Assembly: GCA_964016885.1 (NCBI GenBank)
Contig: OZ024742.1
Coordinates: 301,754,001 to 301,818,000, forward strand
Origin: Eledone cirrhosa
Taxonomy: Eukaryota
Reading direction: 5' to 3'
DNA length: 64,000 nucleotides
Below, piece by piece: positions 63,401 to 64,000 of the stretch (its first letter is position 1; each line of letters opens with the position of its first letter). The position numbers and the translations under genes were made by a program. A model generated the notes under the pieces. It did not search any database. It saw nothing but the letters and a program-made list of their open reading frames with translations, and was not told where the DNA came from.

Positions 63401-64000
63401 TTAAGTTATTAGTTTTTTGTTGTACTTTAATCACAAATTGTCTCATATATTCTCATTATTTGTCCATTTTGTGTCTATCATTATGTATATTTAAACTTTC
63501 CAGACTTCATTAATGTTTTTTAGTTTATACGTCATAGTAACCATTAAGATTATTTTTTAAAAAGTAAGAGGCAGGAGGGAGTTGGTTGTAATTTTTAGAA
63601 TGTGATCTTATACATATGTAAAGAGTTGTGACATTGAGTATTGTTGTGTTAGGGGGTATTTAGGTGTAATCTAGATAATGTATATACAACTGTATATATA
63701 TTTTAGACAGTATAGGTTAGGTGTGTGTGTGTGTTTATATATATATATTTTTTCTAGATAGAAAATGTATTGTCAAGACAACATAAGTACACTTTCAAAT
63801 CCCCACAAAAACTAAATAATAATAATAATAATAATAATATATTAATGGTATATTGTTTCTGAAAATTTGTTGTTTAGCTTGAAATAGACATAAAAGAATA
63901 TCTGATATTTAGCGCTAGGGTATTTGTTGGTTTGGTATGAGCAGGGTTAAATAACTTTGGAAGATATAGTGTAATTACATTGTGTAATAACATATACTGT

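Overview
AT-rich, repeat-dense animal genomic DNA, not prokaryotic. The SINE/RTE/microsatellite landscape resembles a coleoid cephalopod (octopus-like); this is an inference. Two host genes are supported. (1) ALG6 (dolichyl-PP-Man9GlcNAc2 alpha-1,3-glucosyltransferase) on the minus strand, with eight coding exons from ATG 22318 down to 1402 (834 nt, 278 codons); the gene continues beyond position 1. Its sixth intron has a U12 (minor spliceosome) donor and branch point and apparently non-canonical GT-AT ends. (2) A probable first coding exon (46621-47029, +) of a CABIT-domain-like protein. The rest is mostly mobile DNA: RTE LINEs with a PHD-like finger, CR1/L2-group LINE 3' fragments, two Penelope-like (GIY-YIG) elements, an RLE-type LINE relic, tRNA-derived SINEs, piggyBac- and Tc1-like MITEs and non-autonomous Helitrons. 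Also present are a 28S rRNA fragment, an 18-copy 100-bp tandem array derived from a SINE segment, several long fold-back palindromes and degenerate hammerhead-like motifs. No CRISPR array or other prokaryotic system is supported.
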